The notes below the pieces were generated by a model that saw only the letters and a list, made by a program, of their open reading frames with translations, searched no databases and was not told where the DNA came from. A stretch of DNA of 61,610 bases, the filler included, from Choristocarpus tenellus KU-1152 (taxonomy: Eukaryota > Protista > Phaeophyceae), in the NCBI GenBank assembly GCA_964200185.2. It is 12 parts of 12 records of this genome, joined end to end, with 100 filler letters (N's around TTAATTAATTAA, not from the genome) between each part and the next. Parts side by side here need not be neighbours in the genome. Positions count along the whole stretch, not along the records: positions 1 to 2,851 come from CAXNAD020024198.1; positions 2,952 to 5,625 come from CAXNAD020025752.1; positions 5,726 to 8,297 come from CAXNAD020026666.1; positions 8,398 to 25,058 come from CAXNAD020000796.1; 8 more parts are not named here. The stretch is one strand, 5' to 3'. A program made the translations under genes and the position numbers. Within the stretch, counting starts at the first letter, position 1; the number at the start of each line of letters is the position of its first letter. Shown here in pieces: positions 1-13,004 of this stretch.

Positions 1-762
1 CTGTAACACAGTCCTTTAAATGTATAGGAATCTGCGTGCTTTTCCAGTCCGCCCTGGCCAGCCTTCTGGGATGGGTTCCTTTCATCCCAGGGTATGTACG
101 GTGACCAGTCGTACCTCGGCTGCCACCTAGGCTAGCCCATTTTTTTTAAGGTCCTCGCGGCTAGAGCGCTCCAAGGCTCTCCGCGGTCTCCTATTTCTCG
201 TTCAAGTGAGAAATAATGCGAACGAGCGGCTTGTTGAATCGTGGTCCTCGAACGCTCACTCTTATTATGGTGCTGAAGGTAATGCTTGGTGATTTGATAG
301 TCTTCATCCAAACTGACTAAGATAGCGATTTCTAGGACCTGTTCGGACATCACATGTCCCATCATCGCCATTTGTCCAACCCAGTCCAGCATCATTGTAA
401 AAGTGATTTGGGGATCTGATCCCCGAGGCATCTTGACTGTCATGACCATCCTTTGGAGTCTGGCTATTTCCTCATCTGACTGGATAAGAAAGTCTTCACG
501 TAGCTGATTCCAGGCTCCTGAAGGTGAGGCAGCATTCCGGACTATGCACCGGTAAATTCCGTTGGTGCTCCTCAGCAGGACGTCATATGCCTTCTTGGCC
601 TTGGTGACTTCGTCTTCACTGACATCTTCGCCATTGATGAATTCGATGTCACCCACTCTGATAGGTTTATTCTGACCCCGTGTGAGACCCATCAGAAGCC
701 ATGATTGGTGCAATGCCAATTCAAAACAAACCAGTCTGCCAGCGCCTCCCCTGGCCAGAGTT
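1..762 (-). mobile_element. Ty1/Copia LTR-retrotransposon gag remnant, running off the window start
   Basis: ORF 132-719 has Copia Gag (Retrotran_gag_2/UBN2-like) motifs: KAYDVLL...AWNQLREDF...IARLQ...ILVSLDEDYQ. Past an in-frame stop at 132-134 the frame continues to ...FKGLCY, the lead-in to a zinc knuckle. Confidence 0.8.
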
Positions 763-1043
763 TGTGTTAAGCGCTTAAGCGTGTTGAGAAGCTTGGAGCA
801 CGTAAGGCTCGTCGCCGGAAGCTAGCAGTTGAATTACATGGTAAAGCGCACACTGAATTATTTATTGCCCGTAGGGTATTGTCCACTTGATGCTATTGTC
901 CCACTAATGTCCCACTAACTCACCATAATCCACCGCTGTGTACGTTACTACCTTGTATTGTACTAAACTAAAGATCAACGTACACATAAGATATGTTGTT
1001 TACTTGGATCAGCACAGATAACGTAAGAATAACACTAGGTTAT
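763..1043 (+). repeat. Possible LTR plus degenerate primer-binding site of the plus-strand Copia copy
   Basis: Non-coding TG...AATAACA segment (about 763-1034) followed by GGTTAT (1038-1043), directly upstream of gag-pol coding remnants. No second LTR is available to confirm it. Confidence 0.3.
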
Positions 1044-1049
1044 TTGACA

Positions 1050-1949
1050 ATGAGGAGCTCAAACGGGCAATTATCTCTTCGATGAATTACCTCCACTCAG
1101 AACAAGATGGGCATTATGGGGTATTGGCAATGCATGGCAATGTAAGGAACGGCCATGCTCGCAAGACCAAGGGATCAGCTGGAAGCAGCCCCAAACCAAA
1201 CCAATGTGCATACTGCTTGAAGATGAACCATCAATGGCAGAAGTATTACTCACATTTGAATGGAAAGTCACCTGCAACACGTCCGCCTGGGATGGCACCT
1301 GCGAGAACATTTCCGCCACCTCCACCTGGTGGGAGCAGCAACACAGTCGACTGGAACAAAGCGCGCTCCTCCTTCTCCACTTTCAAGGTGACAGCAGATG
1401 AGGAGATTAACAAAAGTGTGGTGTTCAACTCCTCCAGTGGAAGACAAGTCGAGATATGGTGTGACTCTGGAGTAAACGTACATCTTACACCTGATCATGA
1501 AGATCTCATAAGCACTCGGTCCACCAAACGGACATGCACCTTTGGTAACAATGGGAAATTGGAAGGGAAGGAAACCGGGGATATGGTTCTAATGGTGACG
1601 GACAGGAATGGCAAACCAACAAGAGTTCTTAAGGATGTTCTATGGGTGTCAGGTCTACCATGCCGCATATTGAGTACTGGAAGTTATACGACACATTGAG
1701 GGGGAATTTATGGATTCAGGAACAAAAGAAAGTAATCTGAGGACCTCCAAGAATTCGCCCAAGATAAACAAAGAAAAGTCGGGGGGGGTTCTTATATTTC
1801 ACTGGAACCATAATTACCACCGAAAAAGAATCGAGAGCCAGCGCTGGATGAGCCAACCAAAAGCAGAGGCTGATATTGAGGGACTGGCAAAACATATTGG
1901 GCCACATCAACCCATCAGCAATCAAGCATCTCGAGAAAAGTGGACTTTT
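1050..1949 (+). mobile_element. Degenerate Ty1/Copia gag-pol: zinc knuckle, aspartic protease, GAG-pre-integrase
   Basis: CAYCLKMNHQWQKY is a decayed CCHC knuckle. WCDSGVNVHLT...VLKDVLWVSGLPCRILS is a Copia protease. After a stop and frameshifts, WQNILGHINPSAIKHL matches GAG-pre-integrase. The copy is truncated by a MITE at 1950. Confidence 0.85.
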
Positions 1950-2092
1950 GAGTGAAAGTATATTAGAGGGTAAGAGTTTTGCCCTGTTTATCTGTTTGAG
2001 ACTTGGCTTCCCACGGGTTCTTTATGATATTTTCCAACTCCGAAATGTTTCGGAGTAAGTAAATTGTACATGTTATGAAAAGGTGTATCCAG
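1950..2092 (-). mobile_element. MITE family A, partial copy (right end)
   Basis: GAGTGAAAGTATATTAGAGGGTAAGAGTTTTGCCC... is the reverse complement of the 3' half of the full copies at 5244, 36282 and 37372. Confidence 0.8.
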
Positions 2093-2851
2093 TGTTAAAG
2101 TATCGCCAAAATCATCAAAGAGGATAAAGGCGATAAACCCAGCGAGATTGCTTGGTGTCTGTAGAGTGATTGAATAACGTTAGGTGGGGCATGCAATGCC
2201 CCATAAAATCAGAAATATTTCCTTTTATAGGAGAAAAATTCTCATTCAACTAATCACTAGTAAAGGTTCTGACAACTGAACCACTAATTGATTGTTCTGT
2301 CACTCCGTACATATTTTACCGTAACTGTCCGATAGAGTTGGAAGAGTCAAATTGAACACCCTCCCTAGCTTAACCAACTCTTGAAACTTACAAGAAAACA
2401 ATTATGGATCCTAGGAGACTCCTCAGGTCAATCCTGTATGACAAGAAAGCAACCAGCTATTGAACTCACCGAAAAGAAATAAATCCAAACAAACACACTC
2501 AAATTCTGCAAGAAACAAACNNNNNNNNNNATATCTGCGTGTTGCTGATCTGAGCTAACATGAACAATCCTTATTTGTCCATTTGCTACCAAGTCTCTCA
2601 GGAAAGGATGCCGTACATCAGTGTGCTTGGTCCTTCCCGAACCAAAGGGTTGTTTGCTAAACGGATGGCTCCTGTGTTGTCTTCAATCACTACATAACAC
2701 GATCCAGTCCTATCTGGTTGCAAGAACTCCAACACACCTCGCAAATATAACAACTCAATTACACAATCACCCATGGCTATGTACTATGCCTCTGCAGTCA
2801 ACTGTGCAATGACACGTTTGGTTCTGGAAAGCCAAGAAACTGCTGCCCCAC

Positions 2852-2951
2852 NNNNNNNNNNNNNNNNNNNNNNNNNNNNNNNNNNNNNNNNNNNNTTAAT
2901 TAATTAANNNNNNNNNNNNNNNNNNNNNNNNNNNNNNNNNNNNNNNNNNNN
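2852..2951. other. Artificial scaffold linker N44-TTAATTAATTAA-N44 (first of 11)
   Basis: The identical 100-nt spacer with a six-frame stop also occurs at 5626-5725, 8298-8397, 25059-25158, 28614-28713, 34637-34736, 38959-39058, 42627-42726, 47077-47176, 54167-54266 and 58503-58602. Confidence 0.98.
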
Positions 2952-3028
2952 CCCCAGGTACTTTGGGTCGGTCATTATTTCGCACATGTGCTGCACTTCT
3001 CCACACTGTCTCAGACATAGGACCTTAC

Positions 3029-3200
3029 CGATTTGATTGAAGAGTTCACTGAGCATGGCCACAACCCTGGTTGCATCCTCTGGGTTGTCAAGGCCCGTGA
3101 TATTCTCATACAAGTGCAGGAAAATGGCACGTACAAATGGGGTACGTGTTAGGCCCTGGCCTCCGTTGGCCAGAAAGCTATCCTTCATTGTTGGAAGGGC
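3029..3200 (-). CDS. Internal exon of an EF-hand protein (possibly EF-hand/WD40 type)
   Basis: ttcccag acceptor and G|gtaag donor. Encodes ALPTMKDSF...FVRAIFLHL...VAMLSELFNQI(D), consistent with the entry helix of an EF-hand loop. Confidence 0.55.
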
Positions 3201-5243
3201 CTGGGAATAGGTCACTACTTGGTGTGAGCAGAATAAGAGAGGGCAATATGAACAAAAAGCTGTTCACTCTGGATGTCGCTAGTCCTAGCCTCCAACAGGT
3301 GTTGTTTGGTCACCGATGAAATAGGGCACAGCACTAATAGAGTACTAAGAGGTGTGAATCATTCTTGCTACCTATCGGTCCCTGAATTTGGAAAGTCCCA
3401 CAGCCAGAATGGTGTGTCAATGCCATAGTGTTACACCTGACAGGCCAAATAACAAATGAGAAGGTGAAGAGAAACTCACACCTTTGAGGTAAGTGCTGCA
3501 CAAAGCACAGGAATAGTTGGTAGTTTTTTATGCACTGCTGATGTGGAAGGGGTTATAACATATCCAGAAGCAATTCGCTTGAGTGCTGCTGTGTCTCGGC
3601 AGTCAAACTCTTCAAGAATGATATTGGACGTCCATGTAGTACTCGAAGTATCATCTCCATTCCGTGAGAGCATGAACAAGATTACCACATTATTCTTCAA
3701 GCAGACACACAGGACAACGAGTTAGACACAAGGGATCATGAATGTAATGATCTGTGCAGGTTGTTATACCCATAGTCTTGGGACTGGGGCATTAAACAAG
3801 GTGAAGGGTATAAACGAACAATTGCATGTATGCAGTGTCAATTCCTCTTTTTCTAGTTGATGTTAAATCTAGTATGGATACTCCAATCATACTCTATATG
3901 GGACAGAAGCGCACCAGCAAATAGGTTGAAATGTGCCCGTGACTTGCTTGCTGTGGATGTAGCCCTGAGGCATAAAATGAAGTTTGAAATATCTTTGTAA
4001 ATTGTGGAGCCTTCATGCTTGACAACCACACAAACATTTTGACATTGAATAGAACGCAGGGGCCATTCTTCCAAACATGTGCATGTCGTTTTCCTAAGGT
4101 GAGGTGCACTGTTTCAAGTTGTGAGAAGAAAATTTCATTTCACTGGGCAATAAATCAGTACGTACTTGCAACTGCTGAAAACTATGCACAGGAAAGAAAT
4201 TGTCTTGTCAGTGATTCGATGGTTTCAGAACAAAACAGGGAAAGGAAGCTGTCCTTGCTGTCCTCTAGTGGGTAGAGTTTCTTGTTCTGTAAAATCATGA
4301 CTACAAAATTGTATTGATGGCAAAAATATTCTAGAGAGGTTGTGTCGAACTTATCAATACCAACTGATGTGTGAGGCAGTTATTGTGATAATGAGATTTC
4401 AAAATGTGCTAAGTTCTACATCTTGATACTCACCCCGGAGTGGATATGAGTCAAGTTTTTAGTGATCGTGGTTTACTTTTGTAGTTCAGGAATACACAGT
4501 AACTACCCATTTTCCGGACCACAGACCATGAAACCAAAGCAAAGCATGGAAACACTAGTGACTGGATATGTTTATGCTCGTAAAAAAGTTGTCTAAGTAA
4601 TCTGAAGTTCGAGATAACAGGGCGCTCAAATTTACCTGTTGGTAGAGGGTGGGCTCATGTGTGATGCTGAAAGTACGTGAGGAGGACACGATCTGCTCCT
4701 TCCAAACAGGAGTATAACCTCTCCCCTCTTTATTGATGCGTTGTCTGAAATGAAGGCATGAACAGTGACACTTGATGTTTGCAACCTGGTGACTCTGAAA
4801 GTATATCAGTTGTAAGGAAATTTTCAGTGGGTCATCGCTCTGTTCAAAATGAAGATATGCTGTGATGACAAATGAATGCACTGCGGGAATTAGAGAAACA
4901 CAAACTCGACCAAATACATACAAGGTGGGTGTGTATGATAGATGCTGTTTGCACAAGGAGATGCTTTGAAGTACTGCACACACCAAATGTTGCTGTTAGT
5001 AATCATAAAGTAATTAAGTACGCAGCAAGATAATGTGCGTAGAACGGTAGATTTGTGATGGATGAGGACATTGGAATATTGAGATGTTGAAGAAACATTT
5101 TAGGAAATCTTTCTATCGGTATTCTACCGGAATTGTATGAAAAATGTGTAGGGAGACTAGGAACTACCCACCCTTTATCGATTGGGCTCACTCTTCGCAG
5201 CAGCTTTATAAAGCACATTCTACATTCTTATCTTCTTGGTAAA

Positions 5244-5502
5244 GAGTCAAAGTATCTTAGAGGGTAGAGTCGCGTCCATTTGGGGGTCAAAATCTAATGT
5301 TGCTATTTTGATGTAATGTTTGGTATTGTGTTTGTTAGGAAGTGTCAATATCCATGTTCTGGACACACCTTTTCATTACGTATACAATTTACCTACTCCG
5401 AAACATTTTGGAGTACGAAAATATCATTAAAAACTCCACGGGAAGCCAAGCCCCAAATGGACAAATAGGGCAAAACTCGTACCCTCTAAGATACTTTCAC
5501 TC
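5244..5502 (+). mobile_element. MITE family A, full copy (259 bp)
   Basis: TIRs GAGTCAAAGTATCTTAGAGGGTA / TACCCTCTAAGATACTTTCACTC. The flanks TAAA/AAAG give only an imperfect TSD. Confidence 0.9.
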
Positions 5503-5750
5503 AAAGCACCATGCTCTTTGAGAGTGTGCGAACAGATGCAGCACAAGACAACACTTCGGATTAAAATGGCATTTTCATGCCACCAGTAGAGGAGAAATCA
5601 TATCTGGGTCAAAGTATCTGGGGGGNNNNNNNNNNNNNNNNNNNNNNNNNNNNNNNNNNNNNNNNNNNNTTAATTAATTAANNNNNNNNNNNNNNNNNNN
5701 NNNNNNNNNNNNNNNNNNNNNNNNNTGGATATACACCACACATTGCTGGA

Positions 5751-5928
5751 GACCCAAAGTATCTGGGGGGGGGGGGGGGTTCAACATCAGGGTGTCCCTT
5801 TGACTAAAATCAGGAAAAGTGCATTTACAATATCCATCCAATGTGCGTAACTAAGTCACCCAAAATCGCGATATGAAAAAATTGGTCCCAAATGGACAGC
5901 CTCCACCCCCCCCCAGATACTTTGACCC
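5751..5928 (+). mobile_element. MITE family B, full copy, TSD TGGA
   Basis: GACCCAAAGTATCTGGGG...CCCCAGATACTTTGACCC flanked by TGGA on both sides. Truncated ends of the same family occur at 5606-5625, about 34811-34829, 42727-42747 and about 54726-54744. Confidence 0.9.
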
Positions 5929-5984
5929 TGGAGATGCTTACTCTGCTGGCATTAGAGTGCACTAGGATATAAAGTGTCACTGAC

Positions 5985-7685
5985 CTTCATCCTCAATTAT
6001 TGTAACTGTTGCTTCTGAGTTGTCGGAGAGACTGCTGCGGTGGGGGCCCTCTAGATCAAACAGAACCACCTTGAAGTACGCGGACTTGTGGTAGGACTTG
6101 CAATCCAGAATGTTCACCTGGTATCAGAAACACAAGGGTAAGGAGATCAGGTAGGTTTGAGAAATTGAAGGAGAAAGGGTCATTGGGGAAGGGGCATGGC
6201 CCAGTTAAGTAGAGTGGAAGGTGTGTGTGGAGGAACGAAAACACAGAATGTTGGATCCAGATGGAAGTAGAGTTGTGCATGCAGGAGAAGCAAAAACGTT
6301 TGAGATGGCTACTATTCAGACTCCAGAGACCTCAGCAATAGGGGAGGATCAGGAGCAACAGCAGGCCTCATGTCAAGATAAGGAGAAGGTAACTTTTCGA
6401 AAAGATGTGCATTCAATGCACCAAGAGAATACCCTGGGGTGTAAGTTATACTTCGAATGAGTCAAAAGGATGTGTTCAACCCCCCTGCAATCTCCTCGGC
6501 CCTCTCATGTCGCTGCAACTTTAGTGTACAACATACACACACAGGTAAGCAAGTCTTACAGGTGTGTGCTAGGGATATGGGTTCTGAACACATCTACTGA
6601 CTGACCTTGATATCCTTCTTCATCTCAGAAGATTGGAATTCGATGCAGCCCTCAGCACTGATATAGTCCACGTCAGGAACGGCTGTTACGGGTTCTGTCC
6701 GGTACTGTCAATTGATACGGATACAAGATTGGGAATATAGTTGGCCATGGCCCTCTCACCTTTGCCCATTAAATCACTTCTTGGATTGTGAAGCAAATGA
6801 GTAAAAGACTGACTACGAAGGAGAATTTAGGGAGGAGGGAGAAGCAGCGACTACACATAGGACCTCACAGCACCATTGTAAAGATCCCAAACTGAAACCC
6901 TGTCACAAGGTGGCGTCTATTTGAGGAAACAAGGGGTCGTCACTCCATCCCGCCTCTCTTTCGTGTGTGCTCTGTGCCTGATCAGGATTGCGCTTGTGTC
7001 ATTTTGTGAGGGATGCCACCCGTCAAGCGTCCTTGCAGTCTCACTTTCAAATCGTTGCAACCCATCCCCTTTGTCAAACCTTGCAGCAAAGGATGCCACA
7101 ATTTCCATCAGTTCGGGTTACCCATATATGGGCTTGATCACAGGTCTCTTTCACTGTCACTGCTATATCCTCCAGGGAGAATCCTAGACACCCAGGTTCT
7201 AATGCCACCGGAAAATGTTGTAGATGGGAGTGGACATATCATAGACCGGTGTGGGTGATTTATTGCTGGTTCTGTGTTGGGTTTAAGGTGGGGAGTCTAA
7301 GTTGATATATGTGCTTAGTGAGCATGGGTATGTAATCCTTGGCAGTAGTAGGCTCACAACAGCATGTGGGCGTCTGCATGTGTGGGAAGTTCGGTAGTAA
7401 GGGACAAAGGAAAATATCCAGCCTAGCACAAATTTAGTTGGAAGTGGGCGGGAGAAGTCATAGATAGTGTCAATAGTGGGTAGGGAGTGGGGGAGACAGG
7501 AGGGTAGAGGAAAACAAGTCAAATTGAGCATGCCAACCAGTGAGCAATGATGAATTGTACACACCGTCATCATCCACGATGACAACCTCGGTCTGATCTG
7601 TCACCACCTTGCCTCCCACACAATTCGTCAAAGTGCAGAAGAAATTTTCATCCTCTTCGGTGAAGGTGTCATCAATAATTGTTAC
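5985..7685 (-). CDS. NCX: Na+/Ca2+ exchanger (NCX/SLC8-like), tandem Calx-beta domains, partial
   Basis: Four phase-compatible GT-AG exons: 7685-7565, 7198-7080, 6704-6606, 6117-5985. They encode VTIIDDTFTEEDENF...VIVDDDEPGCLGFS...VTRTDGNCG...YRTEPVTAVPDVDYISAEGCIEF...ATVTIIEDE, matching the end of CBD1 plus CBD2. Transmembrane exons are not on this scaffold. Confidence 0.85.
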
Positions 7686-8133
7686 CTGCAATGTTTTGTT
7701 AAAGGAGAAAATACGTCAGTTTTTCCTGCCTCAGTTCTTGCCCCTCCCCCTCCCTGAAGCAGGAAAATGTGCTTAAATTCTCTAAGAGAGCTCTATGTTC
7801 TACTAGCATGAATTAAAGAAGAGGCATTCCGCTCCATCCTTCTGTACCCCCTATATCTCCTCCTTAAGAAAGGGTGAGGCACACATCAAAGCTCTACACT
7901 TTATTTAACTTTTATTTTTTCCCAATCACTGGAACAAAGCGCCATAAAAACGATATAGAACTAGTTACCTCGGAGTATGTAAAACAGTTTCAGGCCTTCA
8001 ATGATATATAAGTCAAATTGGTGCAGGTTCGAAGAAATGTAATTCCATATATAAAGACCATGGACAAAGGATTGGTAGGAGAGGGACTTGATTATCTTTT
8101 CCCTACTGCCGCAAGACCAACTCTGCCACAAGA

Positions 8134-8297
8134 GGCTCAAAGTATCTGGGAGGGGTGGCGGCTGTCCATTTGGGGGCATTTTTCTCATGTTGTGATTTTT
8201 GACTGATTTGGTTGCATACGTCGGATGGATAATGTAAATGAACTTTTCCTGATTTTGACCGAAATGGACACCCTATAGACCCCCCCCCCCCCAGATA
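8134..8297 (-). mobile_element. MITE family B copy truncated at the scaffold end
   Basis: GGCTCAAAGTATCTGGGAGG...CCCCAGATA; the internal sequence is the reverse complement of 27946-28128. Confidence 0.85.
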
Positions 8298-9430
8298 NNN
8301 NNNNNNNNNNNNNNNNNNNNNNNNNNNNNNNNNNNNNNNNNTTAATTAATTAANNNNNNNNNNNNNNNNNNNNNNNNNNNNNNNNNNNNNNNNNNNNAAA
8401 AAAAAAGGGGGGGGGGGGGGGGGTTCACACACCATAATGGCTACATCCTAACACTATGACTTGGATACAGGGATGGAAATATACAATTGGTGGAGTCAGT
8501 GATGTGGTAAGACTGTCACATGAACAGACTGTGTTACTATGGATTAAGCTTATTGTACATCAGTGGTGAAATGTATACCCTCATACCAACCTATCAAACC
8601 CTCCATATATAGACAGGGGCAACTCTGATTTGTTGCCAAAAGTGGGAGGTTGCTGACAAATTGCCTACATTTTCTTCCCCGCATGGATGAGTGAAATTCA
8701 GCATTCTAAGCCAAACCAAGAATCCTCCAAAGCAGTTATCACCAGGAAGGATCACTCCATACAAAATAAACACACCCCACAACCAATACCTCCAATTTCA
8801 ATACAACGCAAGAAAATACGAAAAAAACTAGAAGAAACTTCACTCACAGTCACAGCACAACAAAAACAAAACACAGCCACAGCACGCCATGTAGCTGGCT
8901 CTAGAGCAATCCTCCTTACTGTGACTGCAACATTCAATCAAAGGGGGAACCTGCTTCAACACTTATCCCTCGACATGAAAATAAAAAGGTTAGTCACATG
9001 CATCGTATCATGCTCTCCCTCTCCACTACAACAGGAGAGCCCTGAAATACATATTTCAATATAACCCCCTATACCCCAGGCTAGTCCACTTCAACTCAAC
9101 CACCTTCAGCACTGTGGTATGCCATGTGCCGTTCTGTTTAATTAACAGAATCAGGCGAAACCTCTACATTATATGCCAGTGCAGTATATACCTATTACTA
9201 ATTCAACAATTATCCCATCCATCCATCCATCCACCCACCATCAATCAGCATTTCTAATCCCCCCCCCCCCCCCCCCCCCCTCTTTTTCCCTGACCCACCC
9301 CCCCCCCAATTTTTCCCCACCCGAGAGAGGGGNNNNNNNNNNCCCCCCACCCACCCCCCCCCCCCCCCCCAATCAGCATTTCTAACCCCCCCCCCCCCCC
9401 CCACCTGTCTTTGTCCATGACTCAACTCAC

Positions 9431-10849
9431 CTTCAATGTTGCCACACCTGAGAGAGTGGTCTCGTAGACAGCCCTCCCAGTGAACATGGACCTGCTGAGG
9501 CGGTGGGGGGGTTCCATTCCAGGCCTGACCCTGATGATTCCTCCGGTGGAGAGGCCACAAAGGAAGTCTGAGGGGGCTATTGATGCCACTTGCGTCACCT
9601 GAAGTAAAACAGGGCAGGCATGGGGGTTTGGAGGGGCGATAGATAAAAGGGGGAGGTGCGAAATGGGCTGATTGATACAAAGTTTCATATTATACATAGA
9701 ACAGTATGCATTTTGGGCGGAAGGTTGGGGACCATGATAGGGGGGGGGGGGGGGGGGGGGACGATTACTACAGGCATTAGTCGGAGCGGGAGGGGAGNNN
9801 NNNNNNNGGGGGGGGGGAGGATAACTTACTATGCAACTGTATCAGGAGCGAGAGAGGAGAGAACCACAACAAGGGACAATGACATCAATTTTTGTTCCCA
9901 TCACAGCAGTCTCTTGTCTAAAATAAAGGGAAATTAACATCAACAGTATCAATATGAAGTAGTGCAGTAGCGCCAAACCTCTCCTTGTTCGAGTATGCCT
10001 GTGTGCCAAATGACCAAACAGATATGCCTCTGAGTTACCATTGACCTGTCAATAGCTGTCCTGCTATTCACGTACTAATATTTACATCTACACTGTTCAA
10101 GCTCTTAGAAAGCCCCTTGTAAACCACCCCCATGCCCAGCAGGTCTTAACCCTGCACGACCCTTTCACCTATTTCGAATTGATTCTTGCCTGGCAGGAGA
10201 CATGGTGTGTCAGGAGTGTCTATCATCAAATGTCTTGGTAGGAAAAAAATAGTTCGAAGTACTGTTTCAATACTGCAACAGACCCTTCAAATAGTATTTC
10301 CAATTAATACATGCACCAAATAACTAAGAACAAGAAGCACAATGAAAAAACTCATGAAAAACTTCAAACCATGAACAGAATCAACAAAAAAACAACTCTG
10401 TCAACCAAAAAAGTTCCCCTCCTATAGATGGAACCGACTCTCTCAAATCATGACCACTAATAGGCACCTTCTATCAAGCTTCACTACAGCCAAGCTTATA
10501 CGATCCCTCTAACAGCGGTATTGTAACCATTAATATCAACTCCCATCAACACACATTATTGATTTTATATTCAATTTTTGTCGGACCTTTCAGTGGGTAA
10601 AGAAGTTAACTGGGGCATTATTTAGTTCAGGACCATGGGCCGGCCTCCACGCACTGGGAAAACCCCAGTGGCTCAGGACCAGCCAGACCTTTCACAAGCA
10701 TACCAAACTGGGTCATGCACTGTATACAAATAATATAAATCTTGGGGGACCAGGACCAGACCTTGGTCCAGACCAGTCTCTCCAAAGGGATTTTACACAG
10801 GATCGGCCCAGTCAAAACACTGCTGCCTAGTACACTGATCAGATTGCAA

Positions 10850-10880
<31 letters not shown>

Positions 10881-13004
10881 GCAAGACAACAAAATAGTAT
10901 GATTATAACTACAAAAAAAACTACATCACACACACACAGTCATGTGTTCATTAGTGAATGTACATGCGAAGGTGTATCCCACATAAATATTTGGACAAAA
11001 ACAGCAAGAGGTCAAGGACAGTCTCCACAGCTCAAGCAGGGCATGCCAGGTTCAGATATGCCAGCTAGGTTATTCCATCGGAGTTGGACTAATCTGGGAT
11101 GTAACTGAGCAGCTCACTGGGCCAGACATCTCAGAAACGGATCAAACCAGTCCATAGCTTAGAATGGACCTTTCATAAACATTAGCAACCAAGTCGCACC
11201 CCAGACCAGACCTTTGGAAGCCCTGATGTTTCACACCCCTCCTTAGCTGAAAAATGCTTGTGTCAAGCCAGTGCTTGTACTCACCAGTTCTCCTGCTGCC
11301 TGAGCCGTCCCCAGGGCAAAGTCAGCAACTCTTCGGGGACTTCTGAGGTCTGGCCAGTGCCGAGCATGCCCATAGGGAGACACTACCAAGAGCTCTCGCA
11401 AGCCTGCCCCCCGCTGTCCAACCCCCCTGCCATCACTCCCCCTACCGAAAACCCCAGGGTCCACCCTGACATCTGAGATAGCCACCAGATCTGCTGCTTC
11501 CACAGGGGCTGCATAGGTTTGTAGTCAAAGAGGGTAAATTTACCCATCATGAAAGGGTAATAAGTAAAGGCGAGTTGGGGGGGGTATGGGGGGTGGGGTC
11601 GGGGAGGGCTTGCATGTGTCAAGCCTAGGGACCCACCAATGCATTTAGTTGCAAAGGGTTGACCTCTGGCTTATACCAGGGGAGCACACTGTCATCTAGC
11701 ACAGTACTGTACTGCAACGTTGAAGGCTGATCCTCACAGCCAAGAAATCATTTTCATCCAACACCCTTGCCATGACACAAGAGCTGCATAGTTAACACAG
11801 ATGGATTGTGTGTGCACTGCTGAAGACACAGCAAACCCCAAACACACACATGGGGATCTTGCAAGGAAGCAATCAAACCTGCACCAAACTATCCTTTGCT
11901 AGAATTAAAACTAAGAAATGTCTCCTTGGTCGGAGGTCAGAGGGCAGGGTGAGGTGTACCAACTGGGGTAAGAATGCATCAGGAAACCATGAAGGAGAAC
12001 AGCCAAACTAGGGTCACACGTCAACACTCACCATGAATAGTCAGAGAATAACTCATTGCGATACAACCATTTTATATAGGCTCATAGCCAAAGGAGACTC
12101 CACAGTAACAGAGCTCTGCTCAAGCGCCAACACTGTTAAGGCGTTTGAGCAAGGGCAACTGTTTCACCATACTCCTATAGATTTCAAAGACTCTCTGGTC
12201 TAAAAATTGCAAACGATAACTACACTGCAGAAAAAAAAGCAGTGCAATGTCCAACCGTTACAGCAAACCAAGAATGAGCCATTTGCAGGCTGGTCTTACG
12301 CACCCTCAAGGGCCCTGACGGCAGCCAGCTCCCCAGCCATGGAAGGGTGATCGAAACACAGGCAGCTTGGACCTGTTCCTGATCCCCCTGAAGCAACCAT
12401 ACCCTGTTCCCACGCAAACACTGCCCCATCCGCACAAAGGTATGCCCACCTTCAACAGCATGAGATGGGAGTTGGGAGAAAGTTGGTACGGAGGAATGTT
12501 CTACAGGGCTTCCCTAAACGCACAACTGCAATCTAACAGGAGGTAGGCGTGGGTGGGGAATAAGGGAGAAATATATTACCTCAGCCACCCTACTATAGAA
12601 TAATACTTCCTCTCAATAGCCTGTTAAACATTATGATTTGAACTCTGGGTTCGAGCATATACATCCTGGAAACTGATACGGCAAGTTAGAAGGAGGATTG
12701 AAACGTTCCTTGTCAAGAATTCAAATTGCAGAAGAGTACAGCAAGCTGCATTCAAGATTTGAAGGTAAACTGGAACACATAAAGGTTTTGACATTCCCTA
12801 TATTCTTCACCCATGACTTAGCACCCTCCCTGAGACGTCGTTGGCTGAGGAAGCATGTGCAGCTGCATCTCCTGGTACAGGTCCAGCTCGCATGACCATA
12901 TGAGTGTCCGTTTGGATTAGCGTGTTAGTCAGACCCATTCGGGCATCGTCACGGATACCTGTTCCCGAACCCCTTGCCCAGCCACCACCTCCACCATTGA
13001 ATCG
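9431..13004 (-). CDS. NUP133: Nucleoporin Nup133, N-terminal beta-propeller exons, partial
   Basis: Exons 13004-12811, 12449-12304, 11508-11285 and 9598-9431 splice in frame (732 nt). Motifs GWAYLCADGAVFAW, AADLVAIS, LLVVSPYGHARHWPDL and GELVTQV...FLCGLSTGGIIRV parallel Nup133 GWACLV..W, SADLVALS and G.IRYWPSL. The first exon and the C-terminus were not found. Confidence 0.82.

Noticed and set aside
9173-9830. Poly-Pro/poly-Gly ORFs here and near 17470, 28790 and 29300
   Set aside because: They derive from C/G homopolymers next to N gaps; lengths are unreliable and the tracts are intronic or intergenic.
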